From positions 2,914,001 to 2,978,000 of the forward strand of contig JBPQGU010000016.1 of the NCBI GenBank assembly GCA_051362555.1: DNA of 64,000 nucleotides, read 5' to 3'. The DNA is from Lingula anatina. Its lineage: Eukaryota > Animalia > Brachiopoda. Position numbers and translations under genes: made by a program. Below are positions 34,900-48,333 of this stretch, one piece after another. The notes below the pieces were generated by a model that had not been told where the DNA came from, did no database searches, and saw only the letters and a list, made by a program, of their open reading frames with translations. How positions within the stretch are numbered: position 1 is the stretch's first letter; each line of letters opens with the position of its first letter.

Positions 34900-35977
34900 T
34901 ATTAATGATTTTATCTTTTTTATTATTTTCTTTTATTTTTAAAATTTCTGGTTCAATTTTTGAATTAACTGTTTTTTCAATTTTATTAGTAAGTTTTTGA
35001 ACTGATATATTAAAATCTTTTTTATTATTAACTATTGTTTCAAGTTTATTATCAATTTTTATTCAACGTTCTTTTAATCTGTTTGATTCAACTAAAATTT
35101 GTTTAAATGATTCAACTATTTTACTTAAATTCTTTTTAAGTTTTCTATCTCTTTCAAATAATGCAATTAATCTTAAAACAGCAGGTATAGTTGAAGAAGA
35201 AGTAAAAATAACATGTTTTGATAAAGCATATTTTCTTATATCTTCTAAATCTCTTTTACTATGAATAAAACTAAATAATGTTTCAGATGGTAAATAAAGA
35301 AAAACTTGTTCTACATCATCAATTTTTGAAATATATTTACTACTTACATTATTAATATGATTTTTTAAATGTTTTTTTAATAATGAAATCTCTTTATTAT
35401 ATTCATTAGTATTTTCTTTTAACTTTATAATCTTTACAAAATTATCAAATGGAAATTTACTATCAATTGCAATTCCACCATTATTTGTTTTTAAAAAATA
35501 ATCTGGTCTATTACCATTTTTTAAAGTATATTGTGGAATAATTATGTCTTCGTTTTCATTAAAACATTCTTCTAAAACTCATTTTAATGAAATTTCACCA
35601 AACTCTCCTCTTTTATAATTACTTGTAAAAACTTGATTTATAATTTTAATTTCATCAGATAATTTTGATGTTTCTCTATTTAAATTTTCAGTTTGAAATT
35701 GAGAAACTTTTTCTAAATTATTTAATGTTTTAACAATTGTTTTTAAATCGTTATCTTGATTTAATTGTCTATCTTTTATTGTTAATTGAAAATCTTTAAT
35801 TTTATCAATATTTAAATTTTGACTTTTTAAAATTAAAAGATCATTTGAAATTTGTTTTAAACATTCTTTATCTAAATTATTTTTATTTTCTTTAGAAAAA
35901 TTTTTATATAAAAAGAAACAAATTACTAAAAATAAAAAAGCAATAAATACTAATAAAACAATTGGTAAAGTATCCAT
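34886..35977 (-). CDS. rmuC: DNA recombination protein RmuC
   Basis: N-terminal TM and coiled coil, KRGEFGEISL, QYTLKNGNRPD, IAIDSKFP, LYLPSE. Confidence 0.9.
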
Positions 35978-35998
35978 GTTATTAATTTAATTAAAAAA

Positions 35999-36346
35999 TT
36001 ATTTTTTTAATGTTTTTATAATTAATGAAAATGTTTCAGGATTTTCATATGCAATTGATGCTAACATTTTTCTATTTAATTCAACTTTATTTTTTAATAA
36101 TAAATCTATAAATTTTGAATAAGTTATTGAATTTAATCTTGCAGCAGCATTAATTCTTTTAATTCACAGTTTTTTTAAATCTCTTTTTTTGTTTCTTCTA
36201 TCTCTAAATGAATAATTTCAAGAATGAAGAACTTGTTCATTTGCTACTCTATAAAGTTTTGACTTAGAACCAACATAACCTTTTGCAACTTCTAAAATCT
36301 TTTTTCTTCTTTTTCTTGTGCTTACGCTTCCTTTAACTCTAGCCAT
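35999..36346 (-). CDS. rplT: 50S ribosomal protein L20
   Basis: [24 protein letters not shown]...[20 protein letters not shown]...LNRKMLA. Confidence 0.97.
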
Positions 36347-36350
36347 TTTT

Positions 36351-36533
36351 TTATCCTAATAATTTTAATAATCTTTTTTGATCAACTTTTTTTGTAACAT
36401 TAGTTTTATCTAATCTTTGTTTTTGTTTTCTTGATTTTGATGAAGCTAAATGTGATGTGTTTGCTGATTTAACAATTCATTTATTTTTCTTTGTTATCTT
36501 CAATCTCTTTATTAATGATTTTTTTGTTTTCAT
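36351..36533 (-). CDS. rpmI: 50S ribosomal protein L35
   Basis: [41 protein letters not shown]; between infC and rplT. Confidence 0.92.
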
Positions 36534-37083
36534 TTTTTTTGACATTACTTTTTAAAGGTATTATTAATGTATTATATGTTCTATTTACTAATTTTGTTAC
36601 ACTTAATATTTCTGATACATCACATAGACCATTAATAAATTCATTTAACTTATCTAAACCATAACCTTTTATATATCTTTCACGACCTTTTAATCTCATA
36701 GAAATTTTTACTTTTTTGTTTTCTAATAAAAATTTTCTTGCTCTTTCTGATTTGATTTTTAGATCATTTACATCAATACTTGCACTTATTCTTATTTCTT
36801 TAATTTCATTAACTGTAGAATTTTTTTTATTTTTACGTTCTGATTTTGATTTATTATATTTAAATTTTCCAAAGTCAAGAATTTTACATAAAGGATTATT
36901 TGGATTAGTATTTACACAATATAAATCTAAATTTTTTGATTCTGCTAATTTTAAAGCATCATCTTTATTCATTTTTCCTAAAAAATTACCATTTTCATCA
37001 ATTACTTCAAAAGATGTAAAAGGAATACTATAATTTAAAATTTCTCTAGGTTTTTTTATTTTTCTTTTCATATTATTTTTCAT
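36481..37083 (-). CDS. infC: Translation initiation factor IF-3
   Basis: LDLYCV..PLCKILDFGKFKY, KEIRIS, KVKISMRLKGRE. Confidence 0.95.
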   Translation of the reverse strand: MKNNMKRKIKKPREILNYSIPFTSFEVIDENGNFLGKMNKDDALKLAESKNLDLYCVNTNPNNPLCKILDFGKFKYNKSKSERKNKKNSTVNEIKEIRISASIDVNDLKIKSERARKFLLENKKVKISMRLKGRERYIKGYGLDKLNEFINGLCDVSEILSVTKLVNRTYNTLIIPLKSNVKKNENKKIINKEIEDNKEK

Positions 37084-38788
37084 TTATTAATTTTACTTTA
37101 CAATGTTCTATAAAATCAAAAATTTTCATTTTATTATTTTTAATTACATCTTTATAATGTGAAACTATAAATTCTTTTTCTTTTAATTCTTTTTCACCAA
37201 TAACAATTTTATATGGAATTTTTTGATTTCAAACTTCTTTTATATTTAAACTTAAATTATTATTAAATTCAAATAATTTACAACGTATTTGATACTTTTC
37301 TAATAATTGTTTTATTCTTTTACAATATAAATTAACTTCAAAATTACTTGTTACTGGTAATATTGCAACTTGATTTACAGATAATCAAAATGGTAATCAA
37401 CCATTATTTTGTTCTAATAAAATTGAAATTAATCTTTCATATGTTCCAAAAATACCATGATGTAAAATTATTGGTGTTTGATATCTTAAATCTTTTTCTT
37501 GTAATTTAGTTCTATATTTTAATTTAAAATTTCTAGGTAATAAAAAATCCAATTGAATTGTTGAAATAGTAATATCATGTCCTAAAGCACTTTTAATTTG
37601 AAAATCAATTTTTGGACCATAAAAGGCCGCTTCACCTTTCATAATTTGAAATTCAACATTCATATCATTTAAAATTTTTTGTAAAATTGTTTCTGTTTCT
37701 TTTCAAAGCTTTTGATCATCAAAATACTTATTTTTATCATTTTTATCATGAAGTGAAAGATATATTTTATTTATTTTTATACCTAAAACTTTAAGCATTT
37801 TAATTGTCATTTTATAAAGTTTTTGAATTTCATTTTTAATAATTTGTTCATCTTTTTGAATAAAAACATGCAAATCTTTTAATTCCATTTGTCTTACACG
37901 TTCTAAACCAGTTAAACTACCACTAGTTTCATATCTAAATAATAATGAATTTTCTGAAATTCTTAATGGTAATTCTTTATATGATCTTTTATTATGATTA
38001 AAAATAAGACAATGTTGTGGACATGTCATAGGTCTTAAAACAAAAGAATTAATTCCATCATAAATTAATGGAAACATTGAATCTTTATAATGTTTAAAAT
38101 GACCACTTATTTCATATAATTTTTTATTTACAATAACAGGTGTTGTTACAAATAAAAAATTATTTTCTTCTTCTAATTTTCTAACATAATTTTTAATTAA
38201 ATTTTTTACTAATTCTCCATTACCCAATCAAACTGGTAATGCAGAACCTATTAATTGATCAAAACAAAAAAAATTAACTTTTTTATTAATTTTTCTATGA
38301 TCAGAATCCAATAAATTATCTGAACTTGAAATTTTAAATTGTAATCTATTAATAATTTTATTATCTAATTTATAAGTTGATAAGTTTTGTAAAAATAACT
38401 CATCAAAAAATTTGAAATTAAAATTATCATTTTTAATTTCTATATTAAAATCTTTTAATAATTTTGAAGAATCAAAAAAATTGATTGTAAATCTTTTTTT
38501 AAAAATATTATGTAATTTTATTTTTTGTAATTGATCTTTTCAAAGTATTTTTTTTAAAGTTTTTAATTTAATTTTTTCATCTGAAAGAAAATCAATTTCA
38601 ATAAAATCATTTTTAATTTGAATAAGAAAAATTTCTTTATCTTTTAAAAATATATCAATTAAATATAAACTTGAAATTATTTTATTTTCTAAAAATATAT
38701 CGTCTATATAAATATTTTTATCATTTTTATCTTTAAAAGTATTAAATAAACTTATTAGTTTTATTTTTTCGTTTATAATTATTGACAT
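37073..38788 (-). CDS. thrS: Threonine--tRNA ligase
   Basis: DHRKI, SGHFKHY, LRPMTCPQH, FRYETSGSLTGLERVR, GEAAFYGPKIDF, TIQLDF; joined via TGA. Confidence 0.96.
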
Positions 38789-39348
38789 TTTGACTTATCT
38801 TTTTTAAAAGTTGCAATATATCCTAAATTTCTTAATTTCTCATTATAATCTAAACCAAAACCAATCAAAAATTCATTTGGTGCATCAAAAACATAAAAAT
38901 CAGGTTTTAAAATTGATTTTTGAACTTTTTTATAAAGTAAACTTATTATTTTTATATCTTTTATATTTTTATTATTTAAATGTTTTTTAATGCTTTCAAC
39001 TGTATGACCTGTTTCAACAATATCTTCAATAATTAAAATATGATGATTTTCTACTGAATAATCAACATCTAAAACTATTTTTGGATTATTGATTTTTTTT
39101 TCTAATCCACCAAAGTAAGAACTTACAATCATAAAATCAATTTTAAAATCAAAATTTAAATATTTAATTAAATCAAACATAAATGGACCACAACCTTTTA
39201 AAATACCAAGTAATAAAATTGGTTCTTTTATATTTTTATATTTTTTATTTAATTTTTCAGCAAGTTCAATAATACCTTTTTGTATTTCAGCATTTGAAAA
39301 AATTATTCTATCAACTAGTTTATGTTTTTTATTAAATTCTTTTATCAT
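38779..39348 (-). CDS. hpt: Hypoxanthine phosphoribosyltransferase
   Basis: GILKG..F, ILIIEDIVETGHT, FLIGFGLDY. Confidence 0.96.
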   Translation of the reverse strand: MIKEFNKKHKLVDRIIFSNAEIQKGIIELAEKLNKKYKNIKEPILLLGILKGCGPFMFDLIKYLNFDFKIDFMIVSSYFGGLEKKINNPKIVLDVDYSVENHHILIIEDIVETGHTVESIKKHLNNKNIKDIKIISLLYKKVQKSILKPDFYVFDAPNEFLIGFGLDYNEKLRNLGYIATFKKDKSKCQ

Positions 39349-40864
39349 ATAAATGTTTAATTAATTTTACTTGAAAATTATCAAAAAATTCTAATTCTAT
39401 TTCATAAATATTATTTATATTCTTTATAAAATTTAAATCATATTTAATTTTATTGGAAATATTAGGTGCAAATGAAACTAAAAAATCACTAACAACTTTT
39501 AAAATAACTAACAAAATATAAATAACAATGTTTAATTTTTCTATTTTATTTTGTTGATACAAAACTCATGGTTCTTCTAATGCAATTTTTTTATTTCCAT
39601 AATCTAATAAATAAAAAAGTTCATTAAATGATTTTGCAATTTTAAAATTTTTAAAATTCTTTTTAAAATTATCAATAAATTTTTTAATATTTTCTTCTTC
39701 TTTTAATAATTTTTTTTGATATACTTTTTTTATATTTTTAATATTAAAAAAATTTATTTGATATTTTTTTATCATACTTAATAAACGAAAATGAAAATTA
39801 CTTAAATTTTTTACAATATGTGAATTATAAAATTCATCAAATAAATTCATTTCAAATTCAACATCTAATTGTGGATTCATTAACTTTGCTAAATATAAAC
39901 GTGCAACATCTACATCATATTTTTCTAAAAAAACACTTGCAGATAATACATTACCAATACTTTTTGACATTTTTGTGTTTTTATTTAAAATTCAACCATG
40001 AACTAAAAAATTATCAGGATATTTAAAACCTTGTTTTTTTAATAAAATAGGTCAAAAAATTAAATGAAATTTAATAATTTCTTTACCTAAAATTTGAATA
40101 ATTTTTGAATCTTTAGATTTTCAAGTTTCATTTATTTCTTTCAAATTAAATGGTGATAAATAACTTAATAATGCATCAAATCAAACATAAGCAGTTTGAT
40201 TTTCTTTTTCATTTAATTTAATTCCTCAATTAACTTTACTTCTACTTATTGAAAAATTAATTTCACCTTTTTTTAAATATTCATCTAATTGATTTAAAAA
40301 TTTAATATTTTTATTTTTATTTTTATATTCTTGAATAATTTTTTTAATTTCATTTAATTCTTCTTTTTTAATTGAAAGAAAATAATTTTTTTCTGATAAA
40401 TCACTTAATTCATTTTTACATATTAAACATTTATTATCTAAATTTTTTTCAAAAACAAAATTTTCACATGAAATACAATATTTTCCAGAATAATTTTTTA
40501 AAACAACTTCATTTTTAAAAAATAATTTTTTAAATAAATTAATAACAAATTCTTTATGTTTTAAATCAGTTGTTTTAACAAAATGAGTATAATTTACATT
40601 TGCTTTTTTTCACAAATCTATTATTTTATTTGTTTGAAAGTCAACAAATTCTTTAGTATCTAAATTATTTTCTTTTGATTTTTTAAAAATTTTTTGACCA
40701 TGTTGATCAACACCAGTTAAAAAATAAACATTATAATTTTCATTTTTATAAAATCTAGATAAAAAATCTGCATAAAATGTAGAGTATAAATGACCTAAAT
40801 GTAATTCAGAATTACAATAATAAATTGGTGTTGTGATTAAAATAACTGGTTTTTTTATTGACAT
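39332..40864 (-). CDS. metG: Methionine--tRNA ligase
   Basis: ITTPIYY..HLGH, TGVDQHGQK, YVWFDAL, GKEIIKFH, HGW, KMSKS. Confidence 0.96.
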
Positions 40865-40865
40865 A

Positions 40866-41549
40866 TTAAGATAAACTTATCTTAAATCCAGGACTCATAG
40901 TTGTTGAAATATGAATACCTTTAATATATTTACCTTTTATACTTTTTGGACGAATTTTATTTATTTTTTCAAAAATATATAAATAGTTTTCTTGTAATTT
41001 TTCAATTGATTCATTTAATGAACCTAATACAAAATGAACTGATTTTGAACCATCAGTTGCAAAAGTTCTTTTACCTTTTTTATATTCATCAATAATTTGT
41101 TTTAAATTTCTAGTTACAGTTCCATGTTTTACAGATGGCATAAGTTTTCTAGGACCTAAAATAGAAGCAATTTGTCCTAAATTATTCATTATTTCTGGCG
41201 TTGCAATTACAACATCAAAATCTATTTTTTTTGTTTTTTTAATTTCATCAATTAATTCAATACCACCAATTTTAAAAACTTCATTTGGTAAAATATCGCT
41301 TTTATGATCTTTTGTAAAAACAACAATTTTTAAATCTTTAGCTTTAGCATTAGGTAAAGTATAAAAACCTTTTATATTATGTTCATTTTTTTTAGTATTT
41401 AAATTTAAATGATAAGTAATATTTAAAGTAGTATCAAATTTTTCTAATTTATTATTCTTTAAAATATTTAAACAATCTAAAAAACTTAATTCTTTTTTGT
41501 TTCAATATTTTTCTTTTCATTGTAAATAATTTTTACTTCTTTTTTTCAT
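40866..41549 (-). CDS. rplA: 50S ribosomal protein L1
   Basis: IATPEIM..LG..LGPRKLMPS.K.GTVT, ISTTMSPG. Confidence 0.96.
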
Positions 41550-41551
41550 AT

Positions 41552-41971
41552 TTATTTACTTTCCTCTTGTTTAATACCCATTCTTTTCATTGTTCCAATT
41601 ACTATTTTTTTTGCTTGATTTAAATCATCAGTATTTAAATCTGGCATTTTAATTTTTGCAATTTCTGAAATTTGTTCATCATTTAAAATTCCAATAAAAT
41701 CTGTTTTTGAATTAGATGAACCTTTTTCAATTTTTGCATATTGTTTAATTAATGCAGAAGTAGGAGGTGTTTTAATTTCAAATGTAAATGATTTATCATT
41801 ATAAACTGTAATTAAAGCAGGAATAATTTGTCCTTTTTTATCAGATGTAGCAGCATTAAATGCTTTACAAAACTCCATAATATTTACCCCAACAGATGCT
41901 AATGTTGGACCTGGTTTTAATTCACCACCAGGAAACTGTAATTTAACTTGTTTAACAACCTTTTTACTCAT
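41552..41971 (-). CDS. rplK: 50S ribosomal protein L11
   Basis: [29 protein letters not shown]. Confidence 0.98.
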   Translation of the reverse strand: MSKKVVKQVKLQFPGGELKPGPTLASVGVNIMEFCKAFNAATSDKKGQIIPALITVYNDKSFTFEIKTPPTSALIKQYAKIEKGSSNSKTDFIGILNDEQISEIAKIKMPDLNTDDLNQAKKIVIGTMKRMGIKQEESK

Positions 41972-42504
41972 TATTTTCTTTTACACTCCAAAAATCCTAC
42001 TTTAGTAGGTGTCATACGACCAAAAAATTCAACATTAACTGTTATTTGACCTGTATCATAATCAATTTCAATAACTTCACCTTCATATCCTCTAAAGACA
42101 CCATGTGTAATTACAACTAAATCATTTATTTCAAAATCAATATCACTAGGTTTAAATTTACCATCTGATAAAACTTCAATTGTTTCAGAATTTTTTAAAA
42201 TTTTATTAAATTCTCTTTTACTTATAAATATAGGATTTTTATTATATCCTCTTTCATAACTATTAAATCTCATAAAATGAGGTACTTTTAAAATTTGGTT
42301 TCTAATATCAATTGGAACTTCGCCTTTTATAGTATTTACTTTAATAAAAATTGTTCCTGGTCATTGATTTTTAATTGATTTTTTAGAATCTTTTTTTGGA
42401 ACTTCAATAATTTTAGCCTCAATTCCATCAATATTAGAATTTAAAAACTCTAATACTTCTCAATCTTTATTTCTTCTACATTTAATAGAAATTCAAACTT
42501 CCAT
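41971..42504 (-). CDS. nusG: Transcription elongation factor NusG
   Basis: WPGTIFIK, C-terminal [13 protein letters not shown]...VEFFGRMTP; AAAGGA RBS. Confidence 0.93.
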
Positions 42505-42514
42505 ATTTTTTCCT

Positions 42515-42724
42515 TTATAACAATTTTAATGATTTAAATATTTCAATAAATAAAAAATTACTTCCTACCAATATCAAACCTAAAAAGAAAAATAACAATA
42601 TTAATAAAACAAACATATTAATAAGTTGTTTTTTACCAATAAATTTTAGTTTAAATAATTGATAAAAATAAGAAAAAAACAAGTTCTTAATCCAAAAAAT
42701 AAATCTAAAAAAATATTTTTTCAT
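42515..42724 (-). CDS. secE: Preprotein translocase subunit SecE
   Basis: 69-aa single-TM protein immediately upstream of nusG (synteny). Confidence 0.7.
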   Translation of the reverse strand: MKKYFFRFIFWIKNLFFSYFYQLFKLKFIGKKQLINMFVLLILLFFFLGLILVGSNFLFIEIFKSLKLL

Positions 42725-42738
42725 TATTAAATTTAAAT

Positions 42739-43338
42739 TTAAAAAATATTTAAATTATTCTTTATTATATATCTTTTTAATTTACTTTTTGCTCTATGTA
42801 ATGCATTGCTTATAATTTTATAATCTAAATTTAAAGATTTTACAATTTCAGCTAATTTATATCCTTTAAATTTAAGTAAAAAAACTTTTTTTTCTAAATT
42901 AGAAAGTAAATTTAATAAATATAAAATATCTTCATAATTATTTTTAGAATATAAACTAAAAGAATTAAAATTTATATGTTTATTATCGTCATATTCTTTA
43001 GAATAATTTACTTTTTGTTTATTTAAAGTAATATAACTTCTTAATTTAGTTAAAAAATTCCATTTTAAATTTTTTATAAGAAAAGTTTTAAATGGTATGT
43101 TTAAACTTGAATCAAACTTCAATAAATTTTTTAACAAATAAATATCTTTAAAATAAATTAACTCTTCATATTTAATTAAAATTTTAGGAAATTTTTTTAA
43201 AATTATTTTAATTGTAGCTACCATTCAAGAATCAAGTTCGTTTTTAATTAAAAAAAATATTTTTTTATTATAAGTAACTTGAAATGAATAAATTAAAAAA
43301 TCTAAATTATCAATATTTTTGTTTATTTCTAATTTCAT
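42739..43338 (-). CDS. Alternative sigma-70 factor (SigH/ECF-like)
   Basis: Region 2 FDSSLNIPFKTF; region 4 LSNLEKKVFLLKFKGYKLAEI..L....ISNALHRAKSKL; cysS-rlmB-sigma-secE order. Confidence 0.8.
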
Positions 43339-44029
43339 ATAATATTATTGCAGTTGCAACAGAAACATTTAAAGATTCAACATGTTTCATTGGAATTTTA
43401 ATTATAAAATCTGATTTTTTTATTAAAAGTTGACTAACACCTTTGCTTTCATTACCAATAATTAAAACTATATTTATATCTTTAAAATCAACTTTTCTAT
43501 AATCTTTTGAATTTTCCATTTCAGTACTAAAAACTCAAAAATTATTATTCTTTAATTTATCAACTACCCTTGATAAATTATTTACTTGAATAATTTTTAA
43601 TTTAAAAATATTTCCAGTAGTTGCTTTTATTACTGAATTAGTAACTAATGTTTGTTTTATTTTCGGAATAATTATAGTATTTACACCACAAGAAACTGCT
43701 GTTCTAATTATTCCACCAAAATTAAAGGGATCTTGAATATGATCTAATATTAAAACTAATTGTTTATTTAAATCATTTTTAATATTATTTAAAAATTTAT
43801 CAAAATCATAATATTTAAAATCTAAAATTTCTGCTGCTATTTTTTGATGGTTTAAATTAGGAAAATTTTTTTCAAACTTTTCATTATTTCAAAAAAAAAC
43901 TTCAATTCCCATTTTTTTAAATTTAAAATATGATTTATCATTTTTAGATAAAAAAACTTTTTTAATATAATTTGGTCTTTCTTTTAAAATTGTATAAATA
44001 ACTTTTTTCCCACAAATTAAATTTTTCAT
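43307..44029 (-). CDS. rlmB: 23S rRNA 2'-O-methyltransferase (TrmH/SPOUT family)
   Basis: LDHIQDPFNFGGIIRTA, IGNESKG, IPMKHVESLNVSVA. Confidence 0.93.
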
Positions 44030-44074
44030 AATTAAATAATAATTCTATTTTTTTTAAAATTTAAAAAATATTTT

Positions 44075-45391
44075 TTATAAAATATTTTTTTCTTTTAAAA
44101 TTTCTCTTAATTTATCTGCTTTCTTAAAATCTTTGTTTTCAATATAACTATTTCATTTAATAATTTGTTTTTTTGTTACATCATTAAATTTAATTTTTTT
44201 AATTTTAATACCTAATAATTCAATACATTTTTTAAGTGTATTTTCAAATATTAAAATATCATCAAATTTAAAATTATTTAACAAATGATTTATATTTTTT
44301 AATTGATATGAAATTAAATCTAAACATTTAATAGTATTTAAATTATTTGCAAATGAATTTAAAAATTCATTAAATAAATTTTGATCAATTTCATGTGTTT
44401 CTTGAATATTTTTCAAAAATTTGTATAAATTTATTTTTTTAAATGTATTTTTAATTTTATTTTCAAAATTTTTACATGTATTTAAGTGTTTGAAATTAAA
44501 ACTAATATCATTTTTATAGTTAGTAAAAGCAAAAAATATTTTTATTGTATTTGCAGAATAATCATTTAATAAATTTTTTACTAAAAATTTTTTAAAATTA
44601 TCTTTTGATTTACTAATTTTTTCATATTCAAATTCAACAAATCCATTATGTAATCAAATAGTATTTTCCATTTTTTTATTAATTACATTTAAAATTGCAT
44701 ATTCATTTTCATGATGAGGAAAAATTAAGTCTTTACCACCACCATGAATAGAAAGTTTTTTTTTAAAATATTTATTAACTATTAAAGAACATTCAATATG
44801 TCAACCTGGTCTACCAAAACCTCATTTAGAAAATCATGTCTTACCTTTTGTTTTAAATTTTCAAATTGCAAAATCTTGAATATCTTCTTTATTATTTAAA
44901 ATTTTATTTTCATTTTTTAAAAATTCTGTTTGCTTTTTAATTCTTCCATAACCTTTATCTTTACTAACATCAAAATAAATACCATCATGTGTTTTATAAA
45001 CCATTTTTTTTTGAAATAATTCATCTATTAAATCAATAATAGGTTGAATATTTTTAGTAACATTTATTAATTTAGGAGTTTGTATGTTAAATTTTTTTAA
45101 TAAATCTAAAAAGTTTTTTGTGTATTTTTTTGTTATTTCTTCTTCTGTTTTATTTTCTTTAATTGCTTTTTCAATGATTTTGTCATCAATATCAGTTATA
45201 TTTTGTATAAATTCAAAATCATATTTAAATTCCTTTAACAAATTTGTAATTCAATTAAATATTACAACATTTCTAAAATTTCCAATATGTAAATCATCAT
45301 AAACTGTTGGACCACAAAGATATATGTTTATTTTTTCATTTTTTTTTATTTCTTTAATTTTTTTTGTTTTTGTATCAAAAATTTTAATCAT
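44075..45391 (-). CDS. cysS: Cysteine--tRNA ligase
   Basis: [62 protein letters not shown]. Confidence 0.97.
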
Positions 45392-46370
45392 AATATTTTC
45401 TTTTTTTTAAAATTGGATTAATTGTTTTTCAAATAGAATAAATTATTAATGTGTTTATACTTAATTTAATTGGAGCAATAATTAATGATGTTTTTAAAAG
45501 AAAATCGGCTGATTTATTGGATTTACCTAATAAATCTTGATTCATATTTGTTGAAATACCAACACTTACAAAATATTCACTAATTACTGTTAAAAATAAA
45601 ATAGGAATTATGTTATAAATAAAAATTTTTAATTTATTTTCTCTGTTTTGATTAAAAATTAAATAAACAATAATAAATAATGAAAATAAAATCAAACATA
45701 TAAAAGTTAAAATACTAACATAAAAAACAGTAGTAGAAACTCATGATATATTTTGACCACCTGAAAATATAATTTTAATATTTTGTGGAAATTTTTGTAT
45801 AAAATTTTTAAATAATTCATCATTTAAATTAATACTTTCAGAAAATAAATTTATTGTTGAAAAAGATAAAGTTAATAAAAATCAAAAACTTAAAAATAAT
45901 AACAAAAATAAAATTTGTATAAAACGATATGCTTTTTTATCTTTGATATTTTTTACAAAACCACAAATTATACCTTGAGAAACAATAATTAAAGTTATTT
46001 TTCAATGAAAATAAACCGGAACAAAAGAAACAACACCAATTTCTGTAAGTAAAGCAGTCATTAATCCATATCATGGACCAAAAAAAAATCCTGAAATCTT
46101 TACAATTAATGATTGAAATCCTATCCTTAGTGTAGGTATTACAGCAAATGAACCTACATAATTTAAAGTTATTACAAAACTTGTACCAATTGCACCAAAC
46201 AATGCAATTGTTACCATAGATCTTATTTTTTCTCGTATTGAAATTTTAATTAATGATGTTTGTCTTTTATATTTGTATAACAAAGAATATATAAAAAAAA
46301 TAGAAACAATTAATATAAAAGAAATTATAAACATCCAAAAAATTACATTTGAATAAATACCTGTTTTCAT
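45384..46370 (-). CDS. ECF transporter S component (Mollicute folate-family-like)
   Basis: [22 protein letters not shown]...YFHW motif; many TM helices; joined via TGA. Confidence 0.7.
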
Positions 46371-46382
46371 TTTTTTATCTTT

Positions 46383-46952
46383 TTATTCTTTTAATCTTAC
46401 ATTTAAAATTTCTGGTTTATATTTTTCTGAAATTTTTTCTATATTATTATTAGAAACTTCAATATCAATTTGTTTGTTACTTATTGAAACAAGAAATGTT
46501 TTTTGTTCTTTTGATTTAGGATTAATTTTTTTAGTTAATTCTAATTCAATATTTTTAAATGTAATTGAATTTTCTTTTTTATCCATTCAATTATTTTTTA
46601 AATTTGGACTATCTAAAATGACTTTCATTTCTATTAATTGATTAAATTTATTTCATTGATTTTGTAAATCTTTATTTAATTTTTTTATTATTTTTTCTTC
46701 AAGTTCATCACTTGCTTTATTTTGGTTTAAAAATGAAAATTTTTCTATAAATAATCTTTCTGCTTTTTGAAATTTCTTTTCATTATCTTTATTGTTAAAA
46801 TTTATACATACAATTTTTTGTGTAACTTCTTTCCCATCACTTACACCACAACCAATAAATACTTTAGCTGTAAATAAAATAATAAAAATCATTAATATTG
46901 GTAATATTAAAAATTTTTTAAAATTTTTTGATTTATTCAAATTAATTATCAT
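46383..46952 (-). CDS. Hypothetical lipoprotein / membrane-anchored protein
   Basis: Basic N-terminus, hydrophobic helix, lipobox-like FIGC; two supplied ORFs join via TGA. Confidence 0.55.
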
Positions 46953-48294
46953 CTTCTGAAAACTCCATAAAAGTTTGTTTTTCGGGAAAAAACATTATAT
47001 CTATTTTACCTGTTGGACCATTTCTATGTTTTGCAATATTTATTTCTGCATTATGTGGTATTAAATTATAGTCTTTTATATTATCTACTGTTTTTTTTAT
47101 ATAATAATGTTCTCTATATAAAAACATAACCACATCTGCATCTTGTTCAATTGAACCAGAGTCTCTTAAATCAGATAATAAAGGATGCTTATTTTCTCTT
47201 TTTTCAACACCTCTTGATAATTGTGAAAGACACAAAATAGGAACATTTATTTCACGTGCTATTTCTTTTAATTGACGTGTTCAATTTGAAACTTCTAAAT
47301 TTCTATTATTATAATTTTGTTGTCCTTTTATTGAACTTAAAAGTTGTAAATAATCAATAACAATCAAAGCAATTTTACGTCTTCTTTTTCAATCTCTTAA
47401 TTTAAAACCAATTTCTGCAACATTAATACTACTTGAACTATCAATAAAAATTTTTTTACTTTTTAAATTTTCTATAAAATTTAACTTTAAATTTTGATTA
47501 AATTCTTCTTTATACATTGAAAAAAAATCAGTTCTTGATCTAATAATTTTTTTTGCTAATTGTTCTGATGACATTTCTAATGAAAAAAAAATTACATCTC
47601 CATCTTCATTTTTTTGATCTACAATTGGAGAAATAAAATTTAATGCTAAAGTTGTTTTACCCATTGATGGTCTTGCAGCCAAAATAATTAAATCGCCCTT
47701 TTGAAAACCTTTTAACTTTGTATCTAACTTTGAAAAACCAGTTTTAAACCCATTAACATCTTGTTCAGAATAATGTTTGGCTTCTTTAAAAAATGTTTTT
47801 ACAATTTTTGATAATGGAATAAATTTTTTAAAATTTCTATTAAAAAAATCTTCAATATCATTTAATTTTTCTCTTAATTTTGAAATTAGTGCATCAAAAT
47901 CAGAGCTTGTTTTTGTTTCACTTATAAGTGATTTTAATTCTAATTCTATTTTTCTTTTAGTTGAATTTTTAATTAATGCTTCAACATATATTTGCATCAT
48001 TGAAGTTGGAACATATATATCAACAATTTCTGTTAAATAAATCCAACCACCAATTTTTTTAATATCACCATCTAATTCTAATTTTTGAGCAAGAAGATTT
48101 AAATCTAATGTATTTTTATTTATCAAAAATAATTCTTTAATTTTCTTAAAAATAAATTGATTTTTAGAATCTACAAAGTCTTCCTCTCTTATTTTAGATA
48201 AAATCTCTTCACGTTTTTCATTTGATTCTAAAATAAAATGAAGTATTGCTTTTTCAATATTTTCAGATGAAATTGAATTATAATCTTGTTTCAT
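46942..48294 (-). CDS. dnaB: Replicative DNA helicase
   Basis: ILAARPSMGKTT, FFSLEM, IDYLQL, LSQLSR, LSDLRDSGSIEQDAD, IAKHRNGPTG. Confidence 0.97.
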
Positions 48295-48333
48295 TATTTA
48301 TTCTTTTATTATAAATTTTTTTATATTTTCAAA

